Assembly: GCA_003141915.1 (NCBI GenBank)
Contig: PLNY01000361.1
Location: 4,765-42,372 of the forward strand
Direction: 5' to 3'
DNA length: 37,608 nt
Origin: Anaerolineae bacterium
GTDB taxonomy: Bacteria; Chloroflexota; Anaerolineae; Anaerolineales; Villigracilaceae
The translations under genes were made by a program, and so were the position numbers. This document shows positions 34,866 through 37,608 of this stretch, piece by piece (the stretch's first letter is position 1; every line of letters begins with the position of its first letter). The notes under the pieces were generated by a model. That model ran no database searches and was not told the DNA's origin. It saw only the letters and a program-made list of their open reading frames with translations.

Positions 34866-36302
34866 ATGCTGGAAAATCTTGAGTCGATCCTCCGCGAACA
34901 ATGCAACCTCGATAAATCGAGGCCGGTCATTGTCGGCGTATCAGGCGGCCCTGACAGCTTGTGCCTGATGGAGATCCTCCGGCGATCTGGTTATCATATC
35001 ATTGTCGCGCATTTCAACCACAAACTGCGCGACGCGGCTGATTCAGAAGCCACTGCGGTCGAGCATACCTCAGCCCGATTAATGATCCCGTCCGTGGTGG
35101 GAAGCGCGGATGTGAGCATTTACGCGGAAGCCAACAGCTTATCGCTCGAGGAAGCCGCGCGAAATCTGCGGTATCGTTTTCTGTTTACACAGGCGCATCG
35201 GCTGAACGCGCAAGCGGTGGCTGTGGGACATACCGCAGACGATCAGGTGGAAACGATATTGATGCATTTGATTCGCGGCACGGGCTTGACGGGACTCAAG
35301 GGCATGTCGTATCGCACGATCCTTCCAACATTCGATCCGGATATTCCCATTGTCCGGCCTCTGCTGGATACCTGGCGCGAAGAAACCGTCGCCTATTGCG
35401 CCGCCAACGGCCTTCGGCCCCATTATGATCCAAGCAACGATTTGCTCAACTTCCTCCGCAACCGTTTGCGCAACATTCTGATTCCCATGCTCGAAACATA
35501 CAATCCGAAATTCCGTGAAGCAGTTTGGCGCACCGCCCAATCGCTAAGCGCCGATCATGCAATACTCAACGAGGCCCTCAACGCAAACTGGAATAAGAGC
35601 CTGATTTTGCAGGATGAGGAATATGTGATTCTCGACTTGTCTTTCCTTTCCTCATGTTCAGTGGGATTACAACGCCACATCATTCGCCGCGCGGTGGAAA
35701 GCATTGCGCCCGGACAAGAAATGGTCTTCTCGGTTCTAAAGCGCGTATCCGACTTTATAGCCGATTCCACGCGCATTCGAGTTGATTTGACGAAAGGCCT
35801 GACTTTGTTCCGCGAAGGCGATGTGCTGTACGTCGCCAAGCCGAATGCGCAACTGCCGTTTGACCGCTGGCCGCAAATGCCCTCTCAACAAGATTTCATC
35901 AACGTGTCTGTGCCGGGACAAATTGATCTTTCCGGCGGCTGGAAATTTTCAGCGGAGAAGTGGCGGCTCCCCGCGCTGGCGTGGGAACAATCTTCCCGGA
36001 ACGAAGATCCGTTTCAGGTCTGGTTGGACGCGGAAGGTTTGCCTGATCCATTGGAACTGCGCGTCCGGCGCGAGGGCGATATCTTCGAGCCGCTGGGCAT
36101 GAAAGGCCACTCGCAAAAATTATCCGACTTTTTTACAAATGAAAAATTAGCCGTCCGCGCCAGGCCGCGCTGGCCGTTGCTATGCGCGGCGGAGCGAATT
36201 GTTTGGGTGCCGGGATTTCGCCCGGCAGAATCATTTAAATTGAAACAATCGTCCCGAAAGGTAATTTACTTTTCGATGATCCGCCCGCGCGAAGTCACTT
36301 AG
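34866..36302 (+). CDS. tilS: tRNA(Ile)-lysidine synthetase
   Basis: 478 aa. The PP-loop is VGVSGGPDSLCL, followed by HFNHKLR and GHTADDQVET motifs and a C-terminal TilS substrate-binding domain. Confidence 0.92.
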   Translation: MLENLESILREQCNLDKSRPVIVGVSGGPDSLCLMEILRRSGYHIIVAHFNHKLRDAADSEATAVEHTSARLMIPSVVGSADVSIYAEANSLSLEEAARNLRYRFLFTQAHRLNAQAVAVGHTADDQVETILMHLIRGTGLTGLKGMSYRTILPTFDPDIPIVRPLLDTWREETVAYCAANGLRPHYDPSNDLLNFLRNRLRNILIPMLETYNPKFREAVWRTAQSLSADHAILNEALNANWNKSLILQDEEYVILDLSFLSSCSVGLQRHIIRRAVESIAPGQEMVFSVLKRVSDFIADSTRIRVDLTKGLTLFREGDVLYVAKPNAQLPFDRWPQMPSQQDFINVSVPGQIDLSGGWKFSAEKWRLPALAWEQSSRNEDPFQVWLDAEGLPDPLELRVRREGDIFEPLGMKGHSQKLSDFFTNEKLAVRARPRWPLLCAAERIVWVPGFRPAESFKLKQSSRKVIYFSMIRPREVT

Positions 36303-37191
36303 TTTGTTCGCTTAATTGTCTTAGCTTCATCCCAATTTCCCGCCATTGGATTTTTGAAATTCCCAATTTTATACGAATCTGTTCCGCCTCGAGGCCGGAG
36401 CGAAAATCGCGTAACGCGCACGTCCAGCGGCACATGTCGAACGACAAGTGTTTGCCAAGCCCCGCTTCCATTCCTATATCTTCCAGCACATACTCGAGAT
36501 TGCGCGGCGACCAGGGAAAGAGCTGATCCGCCGGCTGATATTGCGCAATGTATTCCCGATAAGGCAGAAGCCAATCTTCCGTCAGAAGAAGTTTGCGTTC
36601 CTTGTATCGGTTGGCGGGGCTGGGATAACGGATAAAGACTTGCGGACCGTTCGGCGCATTGAGGTCAATATGGTTAAGGCGGATTCCGAGACACTCGCTC
36701 TTTTTTATTCCAGTAATGAGCAGAAGATGAATCAACGCAAACGGACGCGCATCCGGATTTTCCGCGCGGCGATGACGGTCGGCTGCGACCAGAACTTCAT
36801 TCACTTCCTCTTCGGTCAGCACCTGCGGAAGCGGGCTGATGACCGAATGCTGCACCACCTTTTCAGCCGGATCAACGACCAGGACTCCGTATTGCGTCAG
36901 CCACCGGTAAAACGATTTGACGGCAGTAATGCGGCGCGCCAATGTCTTTGGACTGCAGGGGACATCACGCTCTTTTTCCATCCATTCAAAGAATCGATTC
37001 AGATCATTAGTCGTAACCGCGCCGATGGATTTATCGGGCGGAAAGAATTTGGTCAGCAGGCGCACATCTGATGTGAAGGCCTTGACCGTGTAGGGCGAGC
37101 TTCCCTTATCGTAAAGATACGATTCCCAAGCCTTGATGGCTGGATTCAGAAGCGTGCCTGATGTTACATGAGCGGAATCTTTTGATGGCAT
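36295..37191 (-). CDS. Xer-like tyrosine recombinase homolog with degenerate catalytic residues
   Basis: 298 aa. The N-terminal SAM-like core-binding domain reads AWESYLYDKGSSPYTVKAFTSDVRLL...AVKSFYRWL. In the C-terminal fold, ITGIKKSE replaces ATGLRxSE, SFDMCRW replaces HxLRH, and LGISKIQWREIG replaces LGH...TxxYT. The 3' end overlaps tilS by 8 bp (convergent). Confidence 0.7.
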   Translation of the reverse strand: MPSKDSAHVTSGTLLNPAIKAWESYLYDKGSSPYTVKAFTSDVRLLTKFFPPDKSIGAVTTNDLNRFFEWMEKERDVPCSPKTLARRITAVKSFYRWLTQYGVLVVDPAEKVVQHSVISPLPQVLTEEEVNEVLVAADRHRRAENPDARPFALIHLLLITGIKKSECLGIRLNHIDLNAPNGPQVFIRYPSPANRYKERKLLLTEDWLLPYREYIAQYQPADQLFPWSPRNLEYVLEDIGMEAGLGKHLSFDMCRWTCALRDFRSGLEAEQIRIKLGISKIQWREIGMKLRQLSEQTK

Positions 37192-37205
37192 ATCGTACTG
37201 TAGAC

Positions 37206-37234
37206 AGTTTAGCGAAAAGAAGAAAGGTTGTCAA
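37206..37234 (-). promoter_or_regulatory. Candidate promoter of the recombinase-like gene (very short leader)
   Basis: The - strand reads TTGACA, a 17-nt spacer, then TAAACT. The -10 box ends 14 nt upstream of the ATG at 37191, and no SD is present. Confidence 0.45.
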
Positions 37235-37255
37235 CCGTCTTTTGCATATTGCTTT

Positions 37256-37608
37256 TTACTCGCACAGCCTCTTCACCTTCTCGAACACTTCATCGGCGTT
37301 CACCGAATCCGAATCAATTACCACCGCATCATCGGCGGCGCGCAGAGGTGCGACCTCGCGCGTCGAATCGATTCGGTCGCGCTCGATCATTTTGGCAAGA
37401 ATATCATCGTAATCGGCTTCGCCGCCGCGCGCTTTGACCTCGTCATAGCGTCGGCGGGCGCGTTGCTGTGCCGAGGCATCGAGATAGATTTTCAAATCGG
37501 CTTCGGGCAAAACAATCGTGCCGATGTCGCGTCCGACCATTACGACTTTTCCGCGCAGACCAATGCGGCGCTGCTGCCTGCTCATCGCCGTCCGCACGCC
37601 GCGATACG
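37256..37608 (-). CDS. cmk: Cytidylate kinase, C-terminal part (5' end outside the window)
   Basis: GKVVMVGRDIGTIVLPEADLKIYLDASAQQRARRR...MIERDRIDSTREVAPLRAADDAVVIDS is typical of Cmk. The frame is open to the window edge. Confidence 0.9.
   Translation of the reverse strand, partial: YRGVRTAMSRQQRRIGLRGKVVMVGRDIGTIVLPEADLKIYLDASAQQRARRRYDEVKARGGEADYDDILAKMIERDRIDSTREVAPLRAADDAVVIDSDSVNADEVFEKVKRLCE

Noticed and set aside
36295-37191. Recombinase gene as the marker of an integrated mobile element or prophage boundary
   Set aside because: It is flanked by housekeeping genes (tilS, cmk). I saw no att-like direct repeats or compositional shift, and the catalytic residues appear lost.

Overview
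This 37.6 kb window looks like a bacterial chromosomal segment. The gene content and repeat families suggest a Chloroflexota/Anaerolineae-like organism, but that is a low-confidence inference made without database searches. I support about 34 protein genes, one tRNA-Gly(UCC) and one decayed gene. Housekeeping genes are panC, ssb, rpoC, tilS and cmk (partial). The accessory genes are metabolic or envelope-related: an LLM/F420-type oxidoreductase, a GH63-like hydrolase, GH4, a MaoC dehydratase, an AlkP-family protein next to a sulfotransferase, and a MerR-headed redox/aldehyde cluster. Others are SDR, DinB, PAP2, an NTP-transferase, a PAS histidine kinase, an ICMT-like methyltransferase, a CYTH protein and methylmalonyl-CoA epimerase. 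No intact, recognisable defence or mobile system is present. The leads most worth follow-up are listed here. (1) A tandem array of 42-bp hairpin units at 1947-2300 carries a [A/G]ACTAAA word phased every 21 bp; it is not CRISPR and is next to an AT-rich islet with cassette-like direct repeats. (2) An AT-rich insert at 18.3-19.1 kb has a near-consensus promoter driving a TIR-domain gene fused to a P-loop NTPase N-terminus. This gene is broken by homopolymer frameshifts and truncated, so it looks like a dead TIR-STAND-type defence gene. (3) Two tandem, divergent DarA/PstA-type (PII-like, c-di-AMP receptor family) paralogs are separated by a palindromic ~88-bp element that has a second copy at 2323-2409. 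(4) A same-strand cluster comprises a histidine kinase, a conserved protein of unknown function, an NTP-transferase with a histone-H1-like KPAA tail, and a PAP2 phosphatase. (5) A Xer-like tyrosine recombinase homolog appears to have lost its catalytic Arg, His and Tyr. (6) Two further phased repeat arrays are present (21-bp x ~9.5 at 23492-23690 and 11-bp x 4 at 33590-33630), together with a dispersed GTCATTGCGAG...GGCAATCTC repeat family. All protein calls rest on motif recognition by eye from the supplied translations. Promoters, terminators and RNA structures are sequence-pattern predictions only.
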